A DNA stretch of 64,000 nt from Gemmatimonadota bacterium (GTDB lineage: Bacteria > Gemmatimonadota > Gemmatimonadetes > Gemmatimonadales > Gemmatimonadaceae). Within the stretch, counting starts at the first letter, position 1; each line of letters begins with the position of its first letter. The position numbers and the translations under genes were made by a program. Below, one piece after another: positions 29,024 to 38,462 of the stretch. The notes beneath the pieces are model-generated. The model had not been told where the DNA came from. It ran no database searches and was given only the letters and a program-made list of their open reading frames with translations. The stretch spans positions 1 through 64,000 of the forward strand of contig JAZJZK010000008.1 of NCBI GenBank assembly GCA_040389905.1. The letters are read 5' to 3'.

Positions 29024-31369
29024 ATGCTGGCTCACATTGTCATCGCTCTCCTCCAGGTCACGTCTCCACCGCAGACGACGCGCAAGACACCAGCGCCGCC
29101 GCCGAAGCAGCAGGACCGGGACTCGACCACCAGCATGCATCGCCCGAAGAAGGATCCGAAGCGGATCGCCGTCACCGCCGAGATGCTGGCGTCGGCCTAT
29201 AAGAACGCGGAAACACAGAAGCTTCTGCTGACCGCGCGCGACGCGCGGCTGCGTCAGGATTCCGCGCTCCAGAGCTATGATGCCACGACCTACCAACGTG
29301 TCTCGGTGGGAATGGGCTTCACAAAATTCGGCCGTGACCGCCTCGCCTTCCGGAGCGAGCAAGCCACCAAGGTTCGGTGGCGTCGTGGCATTGGCGCCTA
29401 TGTCGACGTCACCGGATCGCGCGCGGTCGTTCCCATCGCCGGCAAGTCGGCTGCGATTCGGATGGACGGCAATGTTTCACCAATCCCGTATTACCCTGGC
29501 AGCGAGACTCTGTGGATCGGATCAAGCGCCGCCAACGAAGCCGTCGACGAAAACGAAGGCATCATTCATCCGCTCGCGGACGGCTCGGAAGCCTACTACA
29601 CCTACGCCGCCGGCGACTCCGCGACCTTTCGGCTACCGGATGGGACGGCGATTCGTCTGCGCGAGCTTCAGGTGCGCCCGCGCACGCCGAAGTGGAATCT
29701 CGCCGTTGGCTCCTTGTGGTTCGATCTCGCAGGTGGTCAGCTCGTGCGTGCTGCCTATCGCATGAGTGTGCCGATGGACATCAAGGCTGTCGCCGAAGAA
29801 GATGACTCGACCTCGTTCGAAGATGTGCCGGCCCTCGTGAAACCAATGATTTTCCCCATGACGGCATCGGTGAGCGCCATTGGCGTGGAATTCGGTCTCT
29901 ATCAGGGGCGATTCTGGCTGCCGCGCGTGCAGGTGATGGAGGGTGGCGCGAACGTGAGCTTTGTCCGCGTGCCCTTCAAGCTCGAGCAGTCCTACCAATA
30001 CGAGAACGTCAATTCCGGCGCGAAGTTGCCACCCATCGCTCGACCGGATTCGAATGCGCCGCGACAGGCGGGCGGTGTCAGCGTCAACGTCAACGTCGGT
30101 GGCCAGAGCAGGGCCGATTCCGTACGCGCCGCTCGGCGAAACTCACGACGCAGGGCGCAGTGCGACACCAGCGCGAACTATGTCTACACACGCGCGCCGC
30201 GAGACAATCCGAATCTCATCTTCACGAGCATCCCCTGTGATTCCGCGAAGCTCGCGAACTCGCCAGACCTGCCGCCGTCCATCTATGACAAAGATGAGGA
30301 ACGCTTCGGCGGCGAGGAGATGGACGCACTCGTTTCACAGGCGCTGTCGATGGGCGCGCAGGCAGACTTCTCGCCCCTCCCCATGACAGCGCAGTGGAAC
30401 AACCCGCGGTACAATCGCATCGAAGGCGTGTCGGTGGGTGGACGCGTGGATCAACAGCTCGGGGCAGGCTACTCGCTCCACGCTGAGGGACGCATTGGCA
30501 GCGCTGATTTCCAGCCCGCTGTCGAACTCACCGGTTCTCGCAGCGACCTTCGGCGCACGATGTCCATCAGTGCCTACAATCACCTCGTGTCCGCAGGAGA
30601 CTGGGGCAATCCGCTGACGCTCGGCGCATCGATTTCCGCGTTCCTGTTCGGCCGAGATGAAGGGTTCTATTATCGCGCCTCGGGGTTGGAATTGAGTTCG
30701 GTGCCGGATCAGGCGGCCGGTGGGGCGTTCATCTGGTCCGTGTTCGCGGAGCAGCAGCGGACGGCAACCCTCGGGACGTCGTTCTCGGTTGCGCACGCCG
30801 TGCACGGATCGACCTTCGAGCCCAACCTCGTGGCGACGCGCGGCGTCTTCGCTGGCGCGAGAAGCCGCTACACCGCGACCTTTGGACTCGATCCGGACGG
30901 TTTCCGTCTGTTCAGCGATTTCCGCGTCGAAGGGGCGCGTGCGGACACGGGAGCGTACGGACGCGCGGCGCTCGACGTGACGGTGTCGCATACCATTGGG
31001 AGCGGAGGAGTTTCCCTCACGCTCGCCGGCGGAAGTTCAATTGGAGTACTCCCGCCGCAACGGCAATGGTATCTCGGCGGTACGCAGACCGTTCGTGGCG
31101 AGCGCCCCGGCGCGCCTGGTGGTGTGGGTGACGCGTTCTGGCTCGCCCGCACCGAGTTCGCATTGAGCAATGGCGTAGTGAAGCCGGTCATCTTCGCCGA
31201 TCTCGGATGGGCGGGCGATCGCACGAAGCTCGACACGATTGGGTTGCCGATGTCCGGCGCGGGCTTCGGCTGGTCGATGCTCGACGGGTTGATTCGCTTC
31301 GACATCGCACGCGGGATCAACCCCGAGCGGGCGTGGCGCGTCGACACCTACATCGAGGCCCGTTTCTAG
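29024..31369 (+). CDS. Outer-membrane beta-barrel protein (Omp85/ShlB-like C-terminus)
   Basis: YNRIEG, LGGTQTVRG lid motif, terminal Phe. Confidence 0.75.
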   Translation: MLAHIVIALLQVTSPPQTTRKTPAPPPKQQDRDSTTSMHRPKKDPKRIAVTAEMLASAYKNAETQKLLLTARDARLRQDSALQSYDATTYQRVSVGMGFTKFGRDRLAFRSEQATKVRWRRGIGAYVDVTGSRAVVPIAGKSAAIRMDGNVSPIPYYPGSETLWIGSSAANEAVDENEGIIHPLADGSEAYYTYAAGDSATFRLPDGTAIRLRELQVRPRTPKWNLAVGSLWFDLAGGQLVRAAYRMSVPMDIKAVAEEDDSTSFEDVPALVKPMIFPMTASVSAIGVEFGLYQGRFWLPRVQVMEGGANVSFVRVPFKLEQSYQYENVNSGAKLPPIARPDSNAPRQAGGVSVNVNVGGQSRADSVRAARRNSRRRAQCDTSANYVYTRAPRDNPNLIFTSIPCDSAKLANSPDLPPSIYDKDEERFGGEEMDALVSQALSMGAQADFSPLPMTAQWNNPRYNRIEGVSVGGRVDQQLGAGYSLHAEGRIGSADFQPAVELTGSRSDLRRTMSISAYNHLVSAGDWGNPLTLGASISAFLFGRDEGFYYRASGLELSSVPDQAAGGAFIWSVFAEQQRTATLGTSFSVAHAVHGSTFEPNLVATRGVFAGARSRYTATFGLDPDGFRLFSDFRVEGARADTGAYGRAALDVTVSHTIGSGGVSLTLAGGSSIGVLPPQRQWYLGGTQTVRGERPGAPGGVGDAFWLARTEFALSNGVVKPVIFADLGWAGDRTKLDTIGLPMSGAGFGWSMLDGLIRFDIARGINPERAWRVDTYIEARF

Positions 31370-31389
31370 GCGAGGCGCTGCGGTGGTGA

Positions 31390-31424
31390 TGTCATCCCGA
31401 GCGAAGTCGAGGGATCTGCACCTG
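31390..31424. repeat. Family B single copy
   Basis: TGTCATCCCGAGCGAAGTCGAGGGATCTGCACCTG. Confidence 0.85.
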
Positions 31425-31495
31425 TCAGTCTGGGTTTGAGGCGTCGACGACTGCTCTTGACGAACCGCAGCGCCCGTGAGAGAATTGCCCTCAAT

Positions 31496-32632
31496 ATGTA
31501 TACAGAATCGTCGGCAATAACTCGTGGGCTGTTCCTCCTGACGTTCCTGGTCGCGCCACTCGCTGGCGCCCAGGAACCCGTGCGGCTTCCTGGCGTCAAC
31601 GTCACCGCTGAGTGGACCAAGCCGGGCCCGAGGCTCATGACAGGAGTCGTGCGCGACACCGGCGACTTCCTGCTCGATGGCGCAGAGATAACCCTCCCGG
31701 CGATCCGGCGACGCACCTTCTCCAAGCCTGATGGCACGTTTCGCCTCGACAGCCTCCCGCGAGGAAAGTACGAGGTTCGCGCCAGGAAATTCGGCTACGC
31801 CCCGCAGATCAGAACCGTGATCGTCGATAGCCTCGGCGGTATTGCGGAGTTTGCCCTGCTTCCCATGCCGCGTGCCCTGCCGGCAGTCATCGCCTCCGCC
31901 GTGCGCGGCGGTTTGAGTGGTGTCGTCGCGGACACGTCGTACAACATCGTGCCCGGCGCCGCAGTGCGCGTGATGGGTAAGAGCATCCGGACGACGACTG
32001 ATTCAGTCGGTGAATTCTTCATGCCGCTCCAACCGGGGAGCTATATGGTGGCAGTCCAGATGGAAGGGATGGAATCGAAGATCGTGGGAGTGAACATCCC
32101 GAGTGACAGCGGCCGACGGATTTCCGTCTTCCTTCAGCCGCCCTCCGCGCCGCGTCCGGTGCGCGAAGCGTTCAACATTGAAGATCTCACTCAACGACTC
32201 GGCGCGCGTAACAAGCAGCTCACCGCGGTTTACTCACGCGAAGAGCTCCAGAAGCTCGGCATCGAGTGGGTGATCGGGGCCGTGAACATGGGCGGGATGG
32301 ACTGGTACAGTGAAGACTGTGCTGTCATCATCAACGGGGGGCCGAGGACCGCGAGGCTCGGTAATCTCACGGTTGATGAGATTGAAAGTGTCGAGGTCTA
32401 CGGAGGCCGACGTGACATCGCCGCGCTCGTCGCCACGTCCATGGCAAACACGAAGGCGGGTGCCGGCAGCGGAAAGAAAGGCGTCGCGACCAAGGGAGCG
32501 CCTGGGATGAAGGTCCCACCGCTCGAAGAGCTGGACCGAATGAGCGCGATGTCCAACATCGACGAAGCACTTCGTCGGAATGCGGGGGTGGCGGCTATTT
32601 GCCCGGGAGCGGCGTATGTGTGGATGCGATAA
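31496..32632 (+). CDS. Secreted protein with two carboxypeptidase-regulatory-like domains and a plug-like C-terminus
   Basis: GVVRD...DGTFRL...GKYEVRARKFGY repeated; IESVEVY. Confidence 0.8.
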   Translation: MYTESSAITRGLFLLTFLVAPLAGAQEPVRLPGVNVTAEWTKPGPRLMTGVVRDTGDFLLDGAEITLPAIRRRTFSKPDGTFRLDSLPRGKYEVRARKFGYAPQIRTVIVDSLGGIAEFALLPMPRALPAVIASAVRGGLSGVVADTSYNIVPGAAVRVMGKSIRTTTDSVGEFFMPLQPGSYMVAVQMEGMESKIVGVNIPSDSGRRISVFLQPPSAPRPVREAFNIEDLTQRLGARNKQLTAVYSREELQKLGIEWVIGAVNMGGMDWYSEDCAVIINGGPRTARLGNLTVDEIESVEVYGGRRDIAALVATSMANTKAGAGSGKKGVATKGAPGMKVPPLEELDRMSAMSNIDEALRRNAGVAAICPGAAYVWMR

Positions 32633-32635
32633 GCC

Positions 32636-32663
32636 TTGACTTGTCCGCAGTCGCGGCCATATT
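32636..32663 (+). promoter_or_regulatory. sigma70-like promoter giving a leaderless leader transcript
   Basis: TTGACT-16nt-CATATT-6nt-ATG. Confidence 0.65.
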
Positions 32664-32669
32664 CGTCTT

Positions 32670-32756
32670 ATGACTTCACGAGCCGCGCAGTGTATGTGTC
32701 CCGTTTGTATGCCCATGTCGCGTATGCGACAGGGGATCGGTGACGCGCACTCGTAA
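32670..32756 (+). CDS. Cys/Met-rich leader peptide MTSRAAQCMCPVCMPMSRMRQGIGDAHS (28 aa)
   Basis: 3 Cys and 4 internal Met in codons 8-19; GGGATCGG (32733-32740) is complementary to the terminator 5' arm. Confidence 0.82.
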   Translation: MTSRAAQCMCPVCMPMSRMRQGIGDAHS

Positions 32757-32783
32757 GTCTCGACGTTAGCACACGTCGCCGAC

Positions 32784-32822
32784 GCGCCCCGATCCCACGC
32801 GGATCGGGGCGCTCTCTTTTTC
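32784..32822 (+). terminator. Attenuator terminator upstream of the ATP-grasp/LLM operon
   Basis: 12-bp stem GCGCCCCGATCC/GGATCGGGGCGC with a 5-nt loop, then TCTCTTTTTC. Confidence 0.85.
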
Positions 32823-32896
32823 TGGGCAACTTGGGATTCGCGAACGGATCGAGGTGCGGAGCGACACACCGTTCCCCTCTCCAAGGATGCCCAGCA

Positions 32897-33868
32897 ATGC
32901 GACCGATCGCCGTCTACCACGAGCACCCCGACTGGTTCAAGCCACTCTTCGCCGAGCTCGAGCGACGCGGACTTCCGTACGTCCGCCTCGATGCCTCATC
33001 GCACCGGTACGACCCCGCCGAGCGGACGTCGCCCTATTCGCTTGTGGTCAACCGCGCGAGTCCGTCGGCGTATCTGCGCGGGCATGCCGCCTCTACCTTC
33101 CACACGTTGCACTGGCTCCGCCACCTCGAGCGCGTCGGCACGCCCGTCATCAACGGCAGCAAGACGTACGGTTACGAGCTCTCCAAGGCGTCACAGGCCG
33201 ATGCACTTGCGGAACTCGGCATTCCCGTACCGCGATCGGTGGTCATCAACAATCCCGATCAAGCCGTACGCGCAGCGATCGATCTGCGCTATCCCGTTCT
33301 GGTCAAGGCAAACATCGGTGGCAGTGGCGCCGGCATCACCAAATACGAGACGGCCGCTGCGCTCGAAGCCGCCGTCGCACGCGGTGACGTGAACCTCGGC
33401 GTCGACGGCGTGGCGCTGGTGCAGGAAGCCGCACCACTTCGCGACGGTCACATCACCCGCGTCGAGACACTCGACGGCAACTATCTCTATGCCATCAACG
33501 TGTATCCAGCCATCGGCTCGTTCGATCTCTGTCCTGCCGACGCCTGCCAGACGACAACTGGCGTCGAGTTGGTGGGCGCCGCCTGCGCGGTCGATGCCGT
33601 GAAGAGCGGTCTTCGCGTCGAGGGGTACACGCCTCCGACGGAGATCATCGAGCAGGTCGAGCGTATCTCACGCTTTACGGGGCTCGATATCGGCGGCATC
33701 GAATACTTGATCGATGACCGCGACGGCAAGCCCTACTTCTACGACGTCAACGCCCTTTCCAACTTCGTCGCCGACGCACCGAACGTCATCGGCTTCGATC
33801 CGTGGGTGAACTTCGTGGACTACATCGAGGCCCGCATCGCGGATGCGCGCACCGAGGTCGCGGCATGA
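32897..33868 (+). CDS. RimK-like ATP-grasp protein
   Basis: YPVLVKANIGGSGAGI, LVQE, GGIEYL, FYDVNALSNF. Confidence 0.88.
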   Translation: MRPIAVYHEHPDWFKPLFAELERRGLPYVRLDASSHRYDPAERTSPYSLVVNRASPSAYLRGHAASTFHTLHWLRHLERVGTPVINGSKTYGYELSKASQADALAELGIPVPRSVVINNPDQAVRAAIDLRYPVLVKANIGGSGAGITKYETAAALEAAVARGDVNLGVDGVALVQEAAPLRDGHITRVETLDGNYLYAINVYPAIGSFDLCPADACQTTTGVELVGAACAVDAVKSGLRVEGYTPPTEIIEQVERISRFTGLDIGGIEYLIDDRDGKPYFYDVNALSNFVADAPNVIGFDPWVNFVDYIEARIADARTEVAA

Positions 33869-34953
33869 GTGCAACCATTGCTCCCGAGCGCCGATCAGCG
33901 AGTCCAGGCGCCGAAGCCCCCAGTCGCATGCGCTTCGGCTACTGGCTTCCCGTGTTCGGTGGCTGGCTGCGCAACGTCGACGACGAACGCATGGACGCGA
34001 GTTGGAGCTACACTCGGCGGCTGGCGCAGCGCAGTGAGGAGATCGGCTTCGATCTTACACTGATTGCGGAATTGTTTCTCAACGACATCAAAGGTGCGGA
34101 CGCACCTGCGCTGGACGCATGGAGTACGGCAGCCGCGCTCGCCGCGGTCACGGAACGACTCGAGCTCATGGTGGCCGTCCGGCCGCAATACCATCCCCCC
34201 GCGCAGCTCGCCAAGCAGGCAGCGAACATCGATCAGATCTCCAACGGGCGCCTGGCGCTGAATGTCGTGAGCGCGTGGTGGGCCGACGAAGCACGTCGGT
34301 ACGGCGTGCATTTCGACAAGCACGACGACCGCTACGCGCGCACTGCCGAGTGGCTGGATGTGGTGAGTGGCGCATGGCGCGAATCGCGACTGACGCACAA
34401 GGGCAGCTACTACACGGTCGACGACCTCATCGTCGAGCCAAAGCCCGTCCGTCGTCCCGGACCGACGATCTACGCCGGTGGAGAATCGGAAACCGCAAAG
34501 AATCTCATCGCCAGCAAGTGCGACGCGTACGTCATGCACGGTGATCCCGTCGAACGGATCGCACCGAAGGTGACCGACATGCGCACACGGCGCGAGACCG
34601 CTGGTGGGCCCGCCATGGAGTTCGGCATGGCGGCATACGTCATCGTCAGGGAGAGCGAGGCGGACGCGGAACGCGAACGCGCGCGCATCACCAACGTGAC
34701 GGTGGGGTCACCCGGCTATCACAACTATCAGGATTGGCTGGCGAACACCCAACTCGAGCAGCGCGTCTCACTCGAGGACTACTCGGTCTCGAATCGCGGG
34801 CTGCGCGCGGGTCTCGTCGGCACGGCGGAACAGGTCGCCGATCAGATCCGCGGTTTTCAGGACGCGGGCATTGGCTTGCTGCTCCTGCAATGCAGCCCGC
34901 AACTCGAAGAGATGGAACGCTTCGCGGAGGAGGTCATGCCGTTGGTGAACTAG
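33865..34953 (+). CDS. LLM-class flavin-dependent monooxygenase (SfnG/SsuD-like)
   Basis: FGYWLPVFGG, AAALAAVTERLELMVAVRP, IDQISNGRLALNVVS, YAGGES; ATGA overlap. Confidence 0.92.
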   Translation: MSATIAPERRSASPGAEAPSRMRFGYWLPVFGGWLRNVDDERMDASWSYTRRLAQRSEEIGFDLTLIAELFLNDIKGADAPALDAWSTAAALAAVTERLELMVAVRPQYHPPAQLAKQAANIDQISNGRLALNVVSAWWADEARRYGVHFDKHDDRYARTAEWLDVVSGAWRESRLTHKGSYYTVDDLIVEPKPVRRPGPTIYAGGESETAKNLIASKCDAYVMHGDPVERIAPKVTDMRTRRETAGGPAMEFGMAAYVIVRESEADAERERARITNVTVGSPGYHNYQDWLANTQLEQRVSLEDYSVSNRGLRAGLVGTAEQVADQIRGFQDAGIGLLLLQCSPQLEEMERFAEEVMPLVN

Positions 34954-34994
34954 GCCGCGAACCATCCGAGCGGAGGAGGAGTTAATCTTTCCTC

Positions 34995-36803
34995 ATGCGA
35001 ACTCTCCTCCGCTATCTCAAGCCGTACTGGCCGCTGGTCGTCCTGGCGCTCGTTCTCGCCACGATCAATCAGGTCTTTTCGCTGCTCGATCCGGCCATCC
35101 TGCGGCACATCGTCGACGACTACGCCTCCCAACGTGACAAGTACACGAAGGAGGAGTTCATCACGGGCATCGCGAAGTTGCTCGGCATGGCCGTCGGCGT
35201 GGCGTTCGTCAGCCGAGTGGCGAAGAACTTCCAGGATTATTTCCTGAATGTGGTAGTACAGCGAGTGGGCGCTGACCTGTATTCGGACGGCATCCGCCAC
35301 TCGCTCGCACTCCCCTTCCAGACCTTCGAGGATCAACGAAGCGGCGAGACGCTGGGCAAGCTCCAGAAAGTCCGCTCCGACACCGAGCGCTTCATCAACC
35401 AGTTCGTGAACTTCGTGTTCACCACCATCGTCGGCGTGGTGTTCGTGATGGTGTACTCATTCTCCGTGCACTGGTCCATCGGGCCGGCGTTCGTTCTGAC
35501 CGTTCCCGTGCTGGCGTTCATCAGCAACACCCTCAGCAAACGCGTCAAGGCGATTCAGAAGACCATCGTGAAGGAAACGACGGCCCTCGCCGGCGCCACC
35601 ACGGAATCGCTGCGCAACATCGAGTTGGTGAAGAGTCTTGGCCTCGCGAAACAGGAGGAGCTTCGCCTGAACGCCACGACGAACAAGATCCTTCAGCTCG
35701 AGCTGAAGAAGGTCCGATACATCCGATCCATCAGCTTCATCCAGGGCACGGCGGTGAACTTCATCCGCACCTGCATTCTCTTCCTCATGTTGTTCCTGAT
35801 CTTTCAGGGGAAGATGTCGGTGGGGCAGTACTTCTCGTTGATGATCTACAGCTTCTTCATTTTCGGACCGATGCAGGAGCTGGGCAACGTCGTCAACACG
35901 TTCCGCGAGACGGAGGCGTCGCTCGAGAACTTCGAGGCGATCTTCCGTATTCCCGTCGACCCGAAACCGGTCAACCCGGTTCCGATCGACGACCTCCATA
36001 CGTTCTCGTTCACGGATGTGAGCTTCACGCATGCGACGGCCACCGGCCCTGCGCTCGCCGATGTGTCGTTCGAGGCGCACAGGGGACAGACGCTCGCGTT
36101 CGTCGGACCGTCCGGCGCGGGGAAGACCACGCTCGTGAAGCTGCTCGTCGGACTCTATCGGCCGAGTCACGGGCAGATCCTGTATAACGGCATTTCGAGC
36201 GAGCGCATCGACCTGGACCGATTCCGTGAACGTATCGGCTTCGTGACGCAGGATGCGCAGCTCTTCAGCGGAACGATCCGCGAAAACCTGCTCTTCGTGC
36301 GACCGGACGCGACTGATGAGCAGTGTCTCGCGGTGATGAAGCGCGCGGCGGCGAACTCGCTGCTCAATCGGGCCGACAAGGGGCTCGACACCGTGATCGG
36401 CGAGGGCGGGATGAAGATTTCCGGCGGTGAGAAGCAACGCCTGTCGATTGCCCGTGCGCTCCTCCGCGACCCGCAACTCCTCGTCTTCGACGAGGCGACG
36501 AGCTCGCTCGACTCCCTCACCGAAGAGGAGATCAGTCGGACGATGCGCGACGTCTCCGAAACATCCGACGTGATCACGGTGCTGATTGCACACCGCCTGA
36601 GCACCGTTCTGCATGCCGATCAGATCTTCGTCCTGGAGCGTGGCCGAGTGATCGAGCAAGGACGCCACGACGAGTTGCTCGAGCGGAAGGGACTCTACTA
36701 CGCCATGTGGCGCCAGCAAGTCGGGGAGCGTCGGACGATTACCGCCACGGGACCTGCCGTCGCCGGAAAACCGCCGCTCTCGTCGGGCGCGATCGCCGGT
36801 TGA
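34995..36803 (+). CDS. Fused ABC exporter (TMD plus NBD)
   Basis: GPSGAGKT, ISGGEKQR, DEATS, IAHRLST. Confidence 0.95.
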   Translation: MRTLLRYLKPYWPLVVLALVLATINQVFSLLDPAILRHIVDDYASQRDKYTKEEFITGIAKLLGMAVGVAFVSRVAKNFQDYFLNVVVQRVGADLYSDGIRHSLALPFQTFEDQRSGETLGKLQKVRSDTERFINQFVNFVFTTIVGVVFVMVYSFSVHWSIGPAFVLTVPVLAFISNTLSKRVKAIQKTIVKETTALAGATTESLRNIELVKSLGLAKQEELRLNATTNKILQLELKKVRYIRSISFIQGTAVNFIRTCILFLMLFLIFQGKMSVGQYFSLMIYSFFIFGPMQELGNVVNTFRETEASLENFEAIFRIPVDPKPVNPVPIDDLHTFSFTDVSFTHATATGPALADVSFEAHRGQTLAFVGPSGAGKTTLVKLLVGLYRPSHGQILYNGISSERIDLDRFRERIGFVTQDAQLFSGTIRENLLFVRPDATDEQCLAVMKRAAANSLLNRADKGLDTVIGEGGMKISGGEKQRLSIARALLRDPQLLVFDEATSSLDSLTEEEISRTMRDVSETSDVITVLIAHRLSTVLHADQIFVLERGRVIEQGRHDELLERKGLYYAMWRQQVGERRTITATGPAVAGKPPLSSGAIAG

Positions 36804-36974
36804 CCGCCGGCAATCAGGACATTTCGGCCGATTTGTATCGGTGACACCGCGCACTGGCAGCGCGACGATCTGGTTCTTTGGTGATTCAACGCACAAGCAC
36901 CCTTCGTGCAGAATGAGCCATTTGCCGCAGACCGCCCTGCCTTGATCTACTCGCCGATGCGTCGAGCTCGGCGC

Positions 36975-37030
36975 AAGTAGATGTGGGACAGCAGCTTGCG
37001 AGTGATCTGCATTCTGGCACATGGATCGCT
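36975..37030 (+). promoter_or_regulatory. Putative sigma54 promoter with 23-bp IHF-like box
   Basis: AAGTAGATG-N6-AGCAGCTT (36975) and TGGCACATGGATCGC (37015). Confidence 0.6.
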
Positions 37031-37098
37031 TCACTGCACATATTGTGAACGCTATTACTCCTGGTCCCCAAGTGGCAGTCAAGGTGACCGAGGAGGCG

Positions 37099-38406
37099 AT
37101 GGTTGGCTCATCAGAGTCCGACCGAGTCGCCCCCGAGGAGCGTCGCGCCATCGCGGCAGCCTCTGTCTTGCGGGCTCAGCTGCCAACGCGACTGACCGTC
37201 GGCGTCGTCGTCAGCGTTGTCCAGCTTTTCATGTTGGCCTGGACGACGGGATGGGAGAGGGCAACGGATGTCGCCGCAACGGTCGCCGTCATCCTTGCGG
37301 CATACTGCGCTGGACTCGCACTGATTCACGCGACGCGCGTCAAGTCGATGGCAATTCCAGCCTGCGTGACCTGCGTGCTCGCCCTGGACCTCGCCTTCGT
37401 GTTCGCGATGACTGGCGCAACGTCCGCGCCGGCACACTATGATCGCGCGCTCCTGGGCATGATCATCATCGTCCACGTGGCGAACTACTTCTTTGGCGGT
37501 CAGCATGCGTGGCGCGCCCTGCAGATGGGGTTCGCTGCGCATCTGGCACTCATCTACTACGCGAAGGTACGACATTTCCCGATCGACGTCCCTGAAGAGC
37601 TCTGGACGCTGGCGCTCTGTGCGGCCGGTATCTCCGTCATCGTAATCCACTCGACGGACGTCCGGCGACGGCTTCGTTCCCTGGTCGGACTCTTCGAGCA
37701 CGCCGAGGAAGGCGACTTTACGCGAGCGTACGATGTGGCCGCCGATAGCAGGCCGGATGGCATCACACGGGTTGGCCAGGCCTACAACCGCGTGCGCACG
37801 CAGCTCTCGAGCATGGTGCTCACCGATCCGCTGACCGGTTGCCTCAATCGGCGCGGTTTCGATCAGGCGCTCGCGCGCGAGGCAGCACGCGCGACACGTG
37901 CCGGCGGCGAGTTCGGCCTGATCGCCATCGATCTCGATCACTTCAAGTCGGTGAACGACACGTATGGTCACCTCGCCGGAGATGTCGTTCTCCGCGACGT
38001 GGGCGCACTCCTGCTCGCATCGGGGCGCGCGGGTGACGTGGTGGCGCGGGTGGGTGGGGAAGAGTTCGCGATTCTGCTCCCCGATACCGGGGTACCAGGC
38101 GCGTACCTGTTTGCCGCTCGGCTCTGCGAGTGCGTCCGATCGCACCGCTTCGTCGTCGACGCGTCCGCCGCCGTCGTTTCGCTCACGACGAGTGTAGGTG
38201 TCGCCGTGGGATCACCGCGCGGCGAGCCAAACTTCCCCGCAGTGCTCTGGTCGCGCGCCGACAGCGCGCTGTATGCGGCCAAGCGTGCGGATCGGGACTG
38301 CGTGCGCGCGTGGGGTGAGGATACTGAACACTCGGGAGAACACGAGGTGATCGCGTCGCCTGGGTCAGGGCTCGAAGCGACGGCTCGTCGAGAGGACTCG
38401 CTTTAA
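37099..38406 (+). CDS. Membrane-bound diguanylate cyclase
   Basis: TM region, HAMP-like linker, TDPLTG, DLDHFK, GGEEF; start 37099 after GAGGAGG (ORF track gives 37021). Confidence 0.92.
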   Translation: MVGSSESDRVAPEERRAIAAASVLRAQLPTRLTVGVVVSVVQLFMLAWTTGWERATDVAATVAVILAAYCAGLALIHATRVKSMAIPACVTCVLALDLAFVFAMTGATSAPAHYDRALLGMIIIVHVANYFFGGQHAWRALQMGFAAHLALIYYAKVRHFPIDVPEELWTLALCAAGISVIVIHSTDVRRRLRSLVGLFEHAEEGDFTRAYDVAADSRPDGITRVGQAYNRVRTQLSSMVLTDPLTGCLNRRGFDQALAREAARATRAGGEFGLIAIDLDHFKSVNDTYGHLAGDVVLRDVGALLLASGRAGDVVARVGGEEFAILLPDTGVPGAYLFAARLCECVRSHRFVVDASAAVVSLTTSVGVAVGSPRGEPNFPAVLWSRADSALYAAKRADRDCVRAWGEDTEHSGEHEVIASPGSGLEATARREDSL

Positions 38407-38462
38407 TCGCGCTCAACACCTGACAATCTGTTGGGTGGCGCCGAACAATCGAACGGCGAGAG

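Noticed and set aside
32670..32756. RiPP (graspetide) precursor for the adjacent ATP-grasp ligase
   Set aside because: No Lys and only one acidic residue for crosslinks; the antiterminator/terminator pairing and the parallel with the aroF leader explain it better, though it is not formally excluded
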